21,114 nt of DNA from Limisphaerales bacterium (GTDB lineage Bacteria; Verrucomicrobiota; Verrucomicrobiia; Limisphaerales; JAJOIW01): NCBI GenBank assembly GCA_965657355.1, contig CBFHOE010000001.1, positions 116,936 through 138,049 of the forward strand. The letters run 5' to 3'. The position numbers and the translations under genes were made by a program. Positions 7,708-16,036 of this stretch are shown here, one piece after another (within the stretch, counting starts at the first letter, position 1; each line of letters begins with the position of its first letter). Under the pieces are notes generated by a model that was given only the letters and a program-made list of their open reading frames with translations, searched no databases and was not told where the DNA came from.

Positions 7708-8220
7708 ATGACATCCGATCATAACACTGCTTCCAAATTGGACAACATCTTCGCGACCTGGTTTCAGAATTGGCTGGACGGCATATCAGTTTGTCTAGCG
7801 GGTCTTTGTTTGGTCCATTGTCTCTTAACTCCGATCCTTCTCATAGCCTTACCAATTATCGGAACGACATTTTTCGTGCATGAGAATTTTCATTTTTGGA
7901 TGGTTGCTTTGGTGATACCCACCACATCTATTGCTATGTTTCTTGGTTGTCGCAAACACAAGAAATACAGCAACGGAATCCTTAGTGCTGTTGGTATGGT
8001 ACTTTTGGCGTCAGCTCTTTTTTTCGGACATGGAGCTCATGGAGGCCAAGATTCCATCGGGAGCCATACTCATCATGATCACCATCATGGCCAAATGCAT
8101 GATTCTTCTCACTCCCGCATTGGCATAGAAGCCATATTGACCAGTCTAGGCGGTATATTTTTGGCAAGCGCCCACATCAGAAATTATAGATTATGTCGCA
8201 AATCTCATTGCTCCCATTAG
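7708..8220 (+). CDS. MerC domain-containing membrane protein with His-rich loop (putative metal transporter)
   Basis: 'LDGISVCLAGLCLVHCLLTP' MerC-domain motif; about 4 TM helices; 'GCRKH' and 'AHIRNYRLC'; His-rich loop. Start at ATG 7708 or TTG 7672. Confidence 0.8.
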   Translation: MTSDHNTASKLDNIFATWFQNWLDGISVCLAGLCLVHCLLTPILLIALPIIGTTFFVHENFHFWMVALVIPTTSIAMFLGCRKHKKYSNGILSAVGMVLLASALFFGHGAHGGQDSIGSHTHHDHHHGQMHDSSHSRIGIEAILTSLGGIFLASAHIRNYRLCRKSHCSH

Positions 8221-8314
8221 TCATGGGACAGAGTTTATGCTGATATTTTAAATTTTTTCACGCTCCTTGAGGATTTTATGCCGTTTGCCACCTTGTGGGA
8301 ATCAAACTAAATTT

Positions 8315-8344
8315 ATGTCAGGAACGGCGTGCTCTTTTCGTTTT
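8315..8344 (+). promoter_or_regulatory. Putative ECF-sigma-dependent promoter of the RND operon (ATGTCAGG-N12-TTTTCGTTTT)
   Basis: Identical blocks and spacing to 15464-15493 upstream of the ECF sigma gene; geometry TGTCAGG-N16-CGTT. Confidence 0.7.
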
Positions 8345-8401
8345 CTTGGTATAGTGTCTAATTTAGGTTAAATATCATTTAATAATCAGAAATCGAATCT
8401 T

Positions 8402-9871
8402 TTGGCAAAATCCAGGATAAAATATTTATTAGTTTTTGGAATTCTGACTATGGCGGCCTGTCATGGCCCAAAGAAATCGGGCCTGAATTCTGTTGGGATA
8501 GAGCGTATCCAGGTTCCGGACAGATGGCAGTCGATGGAATCGGGAGTCGACCATTCTATATCATCCGGATGGCTTGCTGATTTTAATGATCAGCGTTTGG
8601 TAGAGCTCGTCGATGAGGGACTTTCCAATAACCCATCAATTAAGCTCAACGAAGCTCAGCTCCGTTCCATCCAAGACTCGATAATTATCTCCAAATCTGC
8701 TCAATTGCCAAGGGTCAGTTCGTCTTTGGCAGGGTCTTATTCGGGTGGCACAGCTAGACAACCAGCTGGGGGTTACAATGGGTGGAACTTTAACGATATT
8801 TATTCCGGCGGTATTAATGTTTCATGGGAATTGGATGTTTGGGGCAAATTACAAAATCGTGAAGATGCCGCCATCAAAGATTATGAAGCAGCTCTGGCTA
8901 ATTATCGAGGCACTAGGCTCTCTTTGGCGGCAAACATTGCCAGAAGTTATTGTAATCTAATTACAGCCCGCAGCCAGCTGGAACTGTCTATCAATACTTT
9001 AGACATCTTCAAAAGTAACCTCAGCATTACTGAGAGAAACTATATTGCCGGTGATCCTACAGCTACCGCTTTGGCTGTCCAATTTGCTAGAAACAATGTG
9101 GCTTCGGCGCAACGCTCGGTAACAATTAGAGAGCTTTCAGTTAATGACGCGAGCCGGGCACTAGAAATTTTTCTCGGTCGTTATCCAGGGGCTGATCTTG
9201 AAATTACCGGAGAATTACCTGCCTTGGTCTCGGAAGTCCCATTTGGATTGCCTTCAGACTTATTGATGCGAAGGCCAGACTTAGTTGCCGCGGCTGCCCG
9301 ACTGGAAGCGTCGACACAGAGAAAAATTATTGCTCAAAAAAATCTACTACCCAGTGTGAACCTTTCCGGGGGGGGCAATGTCAGAGATAACAATCTCGCT
9401 GACCTCTTGAGTAGTCCTCAGTCTATTGCTGCAAACGTTGCCGCCTCTTTATCTCAACCAATTTACCAGGGTGGGGCATTGCGAGCACAAGTCAGACAAG
9501 CTAAAGAATCAGAATTAATTAGCATTGAATCCTTTGCAAATGTAGCTCTCAGCGCATTTAGAGAAGTGGAATCCGCTATAGATCGAGAAAATTCTTTGGC
9601 ACAGCAGGAGGAGTCATTGAAAGTTGAATTATCTCAGGCAGGTCTCGCCGAACAACAAGCTTCCAGAGACTATTCTGAAGGCTTGGTAGATATTCTCTCT
9701 GTTCTTGAGGCACAGAGAAGGGCCTTCAACGCCAGAAACTCGGAAATCAGCTTGAGAAATAGTCGTATTCAAAATCGCATTACACTTCACCTTGCACTGG
9801 GTGGCGATTTCAATGTAAACGAGGAACAGTTTTCATCGTCCAATCTTGAAGTTAAATCCGATAATCGATGA
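8402..9871 (+). CDS. RND efflux outer membrane lipoprotein (NodT/OprM/TolC family)
   Basis: Lipoprotein signal ending 'TMAA-C19'; OEP motifs 'SWELDVWGK', 'GLPSDLLMRRPDL' and 'LHLALGG'. TTG start. Confidence 0.92.
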   Translation: MAKSRIKYLLVFGILTMAACHGPKKSGLNSVGIERIQVPDRWQSMESGVDHSISSGWLADFNDQRLVELVDEGLSNNPSIKLNEAQLRSIQDSIIISKSAQLPRVSSSLAGSYSGGTARQPAGGYNGWNFNDIYSGGINVSWELDVWGKLQNREDAAIKDYEAALANYRGTRLSLAANIARSYCNLITARSQLELSINTLDIFKSNLSITERNYIAGDPTATALAVQFARNNVASAQRSVTIRELSVNDASRALEIFLGRYPGADLEITGELPALVSEVPFGLPSDLLMRRPDLVAAAARLEASTQRKIIAQKNLLPSVNLSGGGNVRDNNLADLLSSPQSIAANVAASLSQPIYQGGALRAQVRQAKESELISIESFANVALSAFREVESAIDRENSLAQQEESLKVELSQAGLAEQQASRDYSEGLVDILSVLEAQRRAFNARNSEISLRNSRIQNRITLHLALGGDFNVNEEQFSSSNLEVKSDNR

Positions 9872-11262
9872 TTTCCAGTAGCGAAAAAGAACAATATAAT
9901 ATGGACAATGGTGGTGAGGAACAGAAACCCAATACCAACTATCCAATGAAAGCCTTATTATTCAGGATCATACTGCCCATTTTTTTTATAGCGATTGCAG
10001 GTGTCGGTTATAAATTCCTCTCTAAAAAACCTGAGCCCACCCCTTTTAAGCCTCCAGCAAAAAAAAGCTTGGAAGTTATGGTCGAGGAATTAGTTAAGAG
10101 GGATTACCAGATAGTTTTTGAAACGCAGGGTTCAATTCAGTCGCATAGCCAGATAAATTTAACCTCTCAAGTCGTTGGGACAATTCAAACCATTACGCCA
10201 GGATTTGAAGCCGGTGCCTTCTTTAAAAAGGGAGATCTCCTGATCGAGCTCGATCCACTCGATTTTGAGGTCCAGATTTACTCCGCCAATAGGCAGTTGG
10301 CTCAAGCTCAATTGGCGTATGCCCAAGAAGTGACAAGGGCCAACCAAGCGAAGCTAAACTGGAAGGACCTTGGTTATGAAGGGGAACCAAACGAATTGGT
10401 TTTAAGGACCCCTCATTTAAAACAAACTCAAAAATCAGTTGAGCTCGCCGAGGCTCAATTAAGAAGTGCCGAAAGAAATTTGTCTCGAAGCAAAGTCAGG
10501 GCACCATTTGATGGCCGAGTCGTTTCAAGGTCAGTAGGCATAGGACAAGCCATTGGGGGTTCTACACCCTTGGGTGTTATTTTCCCCACGGACTACAGTG
10601 AGGTGAGATTACCTGTTTCCACTCGTTCGCTTGCCAATTTAACACTGCCTGAAGATGAGTCAGATCCTCCAGTCGAAATAAAGCTCAGGGACGCGCTCAA
10701 TGAAGATAACAAAACTGAGTGGACAGCTAAAATTGTCAGAACAGAAGGTTCTCTCGATGCGAGTACTTTGGAATTATTTGCGATAGCGAGGGTTGAGGAT
10801 CCTTTTGGTATTCAATCAAATAATCAACCATTACGAATTGGTCAGCCTGTGATTGCATTTATCCCCGGAACTCTTTTGAAAAATGTATATGTCATTCCTA
10901 GAAATGACATCAGCGGATTGAGCCGCATAAGAGTTGCGGATCCGGAAACCTTGACTCTGGGCTCTTTAAGCATAACGCCCGTCTGGAGCGATGAAGAAAA
11001 TGTGATCATCAAAAATCCTTACCTCGCTGAAGGGACTCTTCTCGTAAAAACAAGACTTGTTTATGCCCCTGACGGGGCGTTGGTGGAAGTTATTGATCCA
11101 CAAAAAGAAATAGATGGATTAACATCTGTTAAACCCGCACCAACTAATGCCGTCAATAAACCATTTTTTGGCATAAAGGCTGGGAAGCTAAAGCCTGTAG
11201 AAGGCTCAAAAACGAATGCCACTGCGCAAATAAAATCCAAAAAACAATCTAAAAAGGAATGA
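9868..11262 (+). CDS. RND efflux periplasmic adaptor subunit (membrane fusion protein)
   Basis: Single N-terminal TM, lipoyl-like halves 'GAFFKKGDLLIELDP' and 'VRAPFDGRV', coiled-coil hairpin. ATGA overlap with the upstream gene. Confidence 0.9.
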   Translation: MISSSEKEQYNMDNGGEEQKPNTNYPMKALLFRIILPIFFIAIAGVGYKFLSKKPEPTPFKPPAKKSLEVMVEELVKRDYQIVFETQGSIQSHSQINLTSQVVGTIQTITPGFEAGAFFKKGDLLIELDPLDFEVQIYSANRQLAQAQLAYAQEVTRANQAKLNWKDLGYEGEPNELVLRTPHLKQTQKSVELAEAQLRSAERNLSRSKVRAPFDGRVVSRSVGIGQAIGGSTPLGVIFPTDYSEVRLPVSTRSLANLTLPEDESDPPVEIKLRDALNEDNKTEWTAKIVRTEGSLDASTLELFAIARVEDPFGIQSNNQPLRIGQPVIAFIPGTLLKNVYVIPRNDISGLSRIRVADPETLTLGSLSITPVWSDEENVIIKNPYLAEGTLLVKTRLVYAPDGALVEVIDPQKEIDGLTSVKPAPTNAVNKPFFGIKAGKLKPVEGSKTNATAQIKSKKQSKKE

Positions 11263-14200
11263 TTGCCTGGTTCGCAAAAAACAGTATTGCCGCTAATATT
11301 CTTATGTTTTCCATCCTTTTGGGAGGCATTTACAGCGCCTTTTTCGGGATTACCCTGGAACTCGAACCAGAAAGGGATTTTGGAATGGTATTCATTTCAA
11401 AATCATATCCAGGAGCTACCCCAAAGGACGTTCAAAGGGAAATCCTCATACCCATTGAGAATGCATTGGAATCCGTTCAGGGAGTAAAACAGCTCAATAC
11501 CGATGCGCATCCAGGCCAAGCTAGGATTTATGTTGAAGCAAAGAAAGGCGTCGATCTTCGTATCCTGAAGGACGATTTGGAATCCTCATTGAGATCCATC
11601 TCCTCATTGCCCGCTCCTAATGAACCCTTTCGCGTTGATATTCCAAGTAGCAGTAAGTGGAAATCCGTAATCTGGGTTGTTGTCACTGGCGAATTGCCCG
11701 AGTCTGAACTCCATCAGGTTGCCAAAAAAGTGCGGGACGACCTTCTCAATATTCCTGGTATAAGTAATGTTAATGCATTTATTCCTACCGAGAAGCAACT
11801 TTCCATTGAGTTGGATTCAAACAAAATGCAGGCCTATAATCTGAGCTTTGGAGCTATAGCTAATGCCATTCGTCAATATTCAATCGATTTACCTGCTGGT
11901 GGTATCAGGGGTAAAAGTGGAAATTTAGTTGTTCGAACAAAGGGCCAAGCTTATACAGAGGATGAGTTTGCCCGCATTCCCATCAGGGCTTCAAACGGCG
12001 CCCAACTCACCTTGGGAGAGGTAGCCAACGTAACAGAAGATTTAGAGGAAGAGAGGTTTATATCAGAATTTAACAGGCGACCTGCCGTTAGGATCGATGT
12101 CCGAAGATCTGGAAAAGAAAGTGCACTGGATATCGCTAATAAGGTCAGAGAATATGTAAAAACGTCCGATCAGAGATTCCCAGAAGGGATTGTGTTAGGT
12201 GTCCACAACGACCAAGCTATTTCATTACAAGGAAGGCTTGGAACTCTCACGAGTTCGCTGCTTCAAGGCGCGATTCTCGTCATGATAATTCTTGGTTTAT
12301 TTCTGAGGCCCCAACTAGCTTTCTGGGTTGTTATTGGTATTCCTGTGAGTTTCGCCGGTGGGATTATGATGATGGATTTCTTTGGTATCTCCGCCAATAT
12401 GATGAGTTTATTTGGATTTATTATTGTAGTTGGAGTAGTTGTGGACGACGCCATCGTTACCGGTGAAAATGTCTATTCAAGGATGCAGGATGGATTGAAG
12501 CCTATTGATGCTGCAATCACAGGAACCAAAGAAGTTACAGTGCCTGTCACCTTTGGAATACTAACCACTATCGTTGCTTTCATTCCTCTACTCTTTTTCG
12601 ATGGGATGACCGGTGAATTCGGACGGCAAATACCATTCGTTGTGGCCCCAGTTTTGTTGTTCTCATTGGTGGAATCTAAGCTGGTTTTGCCCGCTCACTT
12701 AAAGCACATGAGTATTAAAAACTCATCCAAAAATGTCATATCCAGGATTCAGGGCAAGGTTGCCTCAGGCCTTGAATGGTTTGTTCAGAAAGTTTATTTC
12801 CCTAGCTTAAAAATAGTATTACAGCATCGTTTTGCGGCTGTCGCCTTCTTCATCAGCATGGCTATTTTGATGACTGGATATTTTGCTGGTGGACGTCTCG
12901 GGTATGTGTCCATTCCCTCAGTAGAGAGACCAGAAATACAGGCCACTCTTAACCTCCCTGACCATGTTCCAGTTGAGGTAACTCGGGAATGGATCGATCG
13001 GATTTGCGATGCTGCCGCCACAATGCGGGAGGAATTTATAGACCCCAAATCCAAGGAACCTATTGTAGGTAACATATGGAGGTTGATTGGAACTCTTCAA
13101 CCTAGATCGAGGGGGTCTTTTAATGGTTCCAACGGTGTCATGTATTTACAGCTTATGCCTCACGCCCTGCGATCTGAACCGGGTCCTGATAATGATACTA
13201 TTATTAATCGATGGCAGGAGCTGGTGGGTGAGTTACCCGATAACGCCGAGCTGCGAATTCGAACCATGAAGACTCGCGGTGATGAGGGCCAAAAAGAGGA
13301 ATATCCAATGGAACTGGAGCTCAGAGGACCTTCTTCTCCTGAGAAAAAACAACTCGCAGAAGATATCAGAGATTTATTAAAATCTTATGATGGTATTTCG
13401 AATGCCTGGGCTCAAAATAGACAAGATCAAAATGAACTGGAGTTAAGTCTAAAGGATCGAGCCTCTGAATTAGGTGTTACCCAGCAGACTCTAGCCAGAC
13501 AGGTTCGGCAGGCCTTCTACGGTGAGGAAGCACAGCGCGTCATGCGAGGCCATGATGAATACAGGGTTATGGTTCGACTTCCAAAAGCCCAAAGAGAAAC
13601 TGTACATACTCTGGAGGAATTAAAGATTATTACACCTCAGGGTGCGGAGGTGAGGCTTGATACCGTAGCCAATGTTTCTTTTGTGAAATCACCGACTTTT
13701 ATTGAGCGCAATCAGAAAGCGGAGGTCATCAGGATCGGAGCCCAACCGGTTGATAAAAATGTTGATATCATGGCGATCGCAAAAGACGCCAAACCAAGAA
13801 TCGATGAGTTAGTGAGGGATTATGATGACCTTGTCTTCACATATACTGGTTTTATAGCAGAGGCTGAAGAGTCGAAGAAAAGATTTATTGTTGGTTCTGT
13901 CGCTCTGATGTTTACCCTTTATGCTCTCCTCGCTATCCCATTCCAATCTGCCATACAGCCAATATACATTCTCACCGTTGTTCCATTTGGCATCATTGGA
14001 GCTATGCTTGGCCATATTATCCTGGGTATCACACCCTCAGATCTTTCCCTTTTCGGGATGTTGGCTATGGCTGGTGTTGTGGTGAATGACTCACTTGTCA
14101 TGGTCGATGACATTAATAATCGAGTGAGATCAGGTATCCCGCTTAGCGAAGCTGTTCAGCAATCAGGATGCCGAAGGTTCCGTCCTATATTCTTGACTTC

Positions 14201-14426
14201 GGCAACGACATTTATCGGGTTAATGCCATTGATTTTCGATCCGTCCTTACAGGCACAATTCCTGATACCAATGGCTGTCTCGTTGGCATTTGGGGTTCTA
14301 TTCGCAACCGGAATTACATTATACCTCATCCCGTCGGTCTTACTAGTTGCTGAAGATTTTAAAAATCTATTTGAAAAGGCGGCCGCCTGGTATGTAGCTC
14401 CGTTCAAGAAAAAGACAGCTTCTTAG
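11259..14426 (+). CDS. RND efflux permease subunit (AcrB/AcrD/AcrF family)
   Basis: 1055 aa. 'MIAWFAKNSIAANILM', TM4 'GVVVDDAIVTGEN', TM11 'RFRPIFLTSATT' and 'PMAVSLAFG'. ATGA overlap with the adaptor gene. Confidence 0.95.
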   Translation: MIAWFAKNSIAANILMFSILLGGIYSAFFGITLELEPERDFGMVFISKSYPGATPKDVQREILIPIENALESVQGVKQLNTDAHPGQARIYVEAKKGVDLRILKDDLESSLRSISSLPAPNEPFRVDIPSSSKWKSVIWVVVTGELPESELHQVAKKVRDDLLNIPGISNVNAFIPTEKQLSIELDSNKMQAYNLSFGAIANAIRQYSIDLPAGGIRGKSGNLVVRTKGQAYTEDEFARIPIRASNGAQLTLGEVANVTEDLEEERFISEFNRRPAVRIDVRRSGKESALDIANKVREYVKTSDQRFPEGIVLGVHNDQAISLQGRLGTLTSSLLQGAILVMIILGLFLRPQLAFWVVIGIPVSFAGGIMMMDFFGISANMMSLFGFIIVVGVVVDDAIVTGENVYSRMQDGLKPIDAAITGTKEVTVPVTFGILTTIVAFIPLLFFDGMTGEFGRQIPFVVAPVLLFSLVESKLVLPAHLKHMSIKNSSKNVISRIQGKVASGLEWFVQKVYFPSLKIVLQHRFAAVAFFISMAILMTGYFAGGRLGYVSIPSVERPEIQATLNLPDHVPVEVTREWIDRICDAAATMREEFIDPKSKEPIVGNIWRLIGTLQPRSRGSFNGSNGVMYLQLMPHALRSEPGPDNDTIINRWQELVGELPDNAELRIRTMKTRGDEGQKEEYPMELELRGPSSPEKKQLAEDIRDLLKSYDGISNAWAQNRQDQNELELSLKDRASELGVTQQTLARQVRQAFYGEEAQRVMRGHDEYRVMVRLPKAQRETVHTLEELKIITPQGAEVRLDTVANVSFVKSPTFIERNQKAEVIRIGAQPVDKNVDIMAIAKDAKPRIDELVRDYDDLVFTYTGFIAEAEESKKRFIVGSVALMFTLYALLAIPFQSAIQPIYILTVVPFGIIGAMLGHIILGITPSDLSLFGMLAMAGVVVNDSLVMVDDINNRVRSGIPLSEAVQQSGCRRFRPIFLTSATTFIGLMPLIFDPSLQAQFLIPMAVSLAFGVLFATGITLYLIPSVLLVAEDFKNLFEKAAAWYVAPFKKKTAS

Positions 14427-14428
14427 TA

Positions 14429-15391
14429 TCAATTATTTTGATTGGTGAGCTTTATCATATTTTTTCCAAATTCATTGCCAATGAGAAAATAACTTTCGGC
14501 ATTACCAAACCAATGGTGCCCGTGGGTCGTGTTAGGTGATTTTTTCTTTGGTCGTGCGAACTGGTGGGTTTGAACAAATGCTACTAAATCGCCAAGAGCA
14601 TCTGCAGCATTTTTTTGAGCATGCCGGATATCCGACATGCTTTTATTTGTTTTGGGGCCTAAATTTCCGAGCTCTCCAATTATGACGGGAAGCCTTGGTT
14701 TGTTCAAATCTGACCTAACATCACGTATCAGGTTCACCAAGTTTGATTGGTATTCTTCTCTGGCAGAAGCGTTGAACATATCATTCCATCCTTGAAACCA
14801 AATGAATCCTTTTATTTCAGGCTTTAATTTACCGAGCTGCGGGAAATCAGTCTTTATATTCCTGAGACCTTCATTTATTTCTGTGATCATTTTCACATAG
14901 AATGTGCCAGTTTGACCTGGTGATGAAGGGGGGCGAAAATCTGAAAATAAACTTTTTCCTCCCCAGGCAGTTTTGATGATAAGAACTGGCTGAGGAGTAT
15001 GAATGCCTAATACATGTCCAAATTGAAATTCTGGACCAATATGGTGCTTGCCTTCATACCCGGTAAATCCGATTCCCAGTGGTCCTATTTTTAGGCCATG
15101 TCTGGTTTTAAATCTAACAAACACGTCATTTCTTGTAGCAAAGCCACCATCATTGCTAAGCACATGTGGGAATTTCGATTTAAATTCGGTTTTTTTAAAA
15201 ACATTTTTAAGGATACCTTTACCATCGTTGTAATATTTTGGATGGTCTAAATCGACAACTCCTTGACCCTCCATGTTGGATTGGCCTGCTAGTATATACA
15301 CATGCAGGGAGTCATCTGCTGAGCTTTTTTTTGCACACAAACAATAAATGGAAGATACAAATAATAAGAATATGGTTTTTTTTAACTTCAT
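14429..15391 (-). CDS. Secreted sialate O-acetylesterase-like (SASA domain, SGNH) carbohydrate esterase
   Basis: Signal peptide; 'VYILAGQSNMEG' (catalytic Ser), 'IGPEFQFG', 'IIKTAWGGKSL', 'FIWFQGWND' and C-terminal His motif 'HGHHWFGNAESY'. Confidence 0.88.
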   Translation of the reverse strand: MKLKKTIFLLFVSSIYCLCAKKSSADDSLHVYILAGQSNMEGQGVVDLDHPKYYNDGKGILKNVFKKTEFKSKFPHVLSNDGGFATRNDVFVRFKTRHGLKIGPLGIGFTGYEGKHHIGPEFQFGHVLGIHTPQPVLIIKTAWGGKSLFSDFRPPSSPGQTGTFYVKMITEINEGLRNIKTDFPQLGKLKPEIKGFIWFQGWNDMFNASAREEYQSNLVNLIRDVRSDLNKPRLPVIIGELGNLGPKTNKSMSDIRHAQKNAADALGDLVAFVQTHQFARPKKKSPNTTHGHHWFGNAESYFLIGNEFGKNMIKLTNQNN

Positions 15392-15463
15392 GGGTTCAAT
15401 CGTTTAAATTCAATTAGATTAGGATTCTTGTCTTAGGACAAGATAAACGGAGTGATAGATTTA

Positions 15464-15493
15464 ATGTCAGGTTTTATCTTTCATTTTCGTTTT
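15464..15493 (+). promoter_or_regulatory. Putative autoregulatory ECF promoter (ATGTCAGG-N12-TTTTCGTTTT)
   Basis: Ends 11 nt before the sigma ATG; exact twin at 8315-8344. Confidence 0.7.
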
Positions 15494-15504
15494 AGAATAG
15501 GTTC

Positions 15505-16023
15505 ATGGATGATAAAGAGATACTAAATTCACTAATGTCCTGGCGGACACGACTGGTTAGCGTATCGTGGTCAGTCTTAAGGGATAGCCATCTTGCTGAG
15601 GATATTTTTCAGGACCTCCTATTGAAAGCCTTTAAGAGTGATGCTGAATTTGAAAACGAAAGAGCTCTTATCTCCTGGTCCGTTGTAACGATTAGGCGAG
15701 CATCCATAGATCAATTAAGAAAAAAGAACCGAGAGGTTTTAGTTCTTGATGAGGAGGTTTTAGACTTACTCGATAAGCAAATGCTTAATTCCAAGCCCTT
15801 TCAAGAATCCTTGAAAAGAGATGCATTAGAGTCATGTATGAATCATTTGCCTGAGAGATCCGTCCGAGTTCTCAAATTAAGATATTATTATGGACACGAT
15901 TGCAAGGAAGTAGCCAATAGAACAAAAATGAGCATTGACGCAGTTTACAAGCTTATATCGCGAGTTCATACAAAATTGAGGAGATGCATAGAACTAAAAT
16001 TAAGTCGTTCAACTATTAACTAA
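15505..16023 (+). CDS. ECF sigma-70 factor (resembles the Rhodopirellula/Verrucomicrobium TIGR02989 group)
   Basis: 172 aa with only region 2 ('DSHLAEDIFQD') and region 4 ('CMNHLPERSVRVLKLRY...EVA...AVYKLISRVHTKLRRCIE'). Followed 13 bp later by a FecR-type gene. Confidence 0.9.
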   Translation: MDDKEILNSLMSWRTRLVSVSWSVLRDSHLAEDIFQDLLLKAFKSDAEFENERALISWSVVTIRRASIDQLRKKNREVLVLDEEVLDLLDKQMLNSKPFQESLKRDALESCMNHLPERSVRVLKLRYYYGHDCKEVANRTKMSIDAVYKLISRVHTKLRRCIELKLSRSTIN

Positions 16024-16036
16024 TTCCTTCAGATCT

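Noticed and set aside
9378..9405. ATGTCAGA inside the OMF gene as a third copy of the ECF promoter
   Set aside because: No CGT block at the required 16-nt spacing, and the site is intragenic.
7708..14426. Mercury-resistance or CzcCBA/CusCBA heavy-metal efflux locus
   Set aside because: No merA/merR/merP is present, and the permease has AcrB-type 'VDDAIV' rather than the heavy-metal-efflux 'DG/DA...VEN' TM4 pattern; metal export is unsupported.
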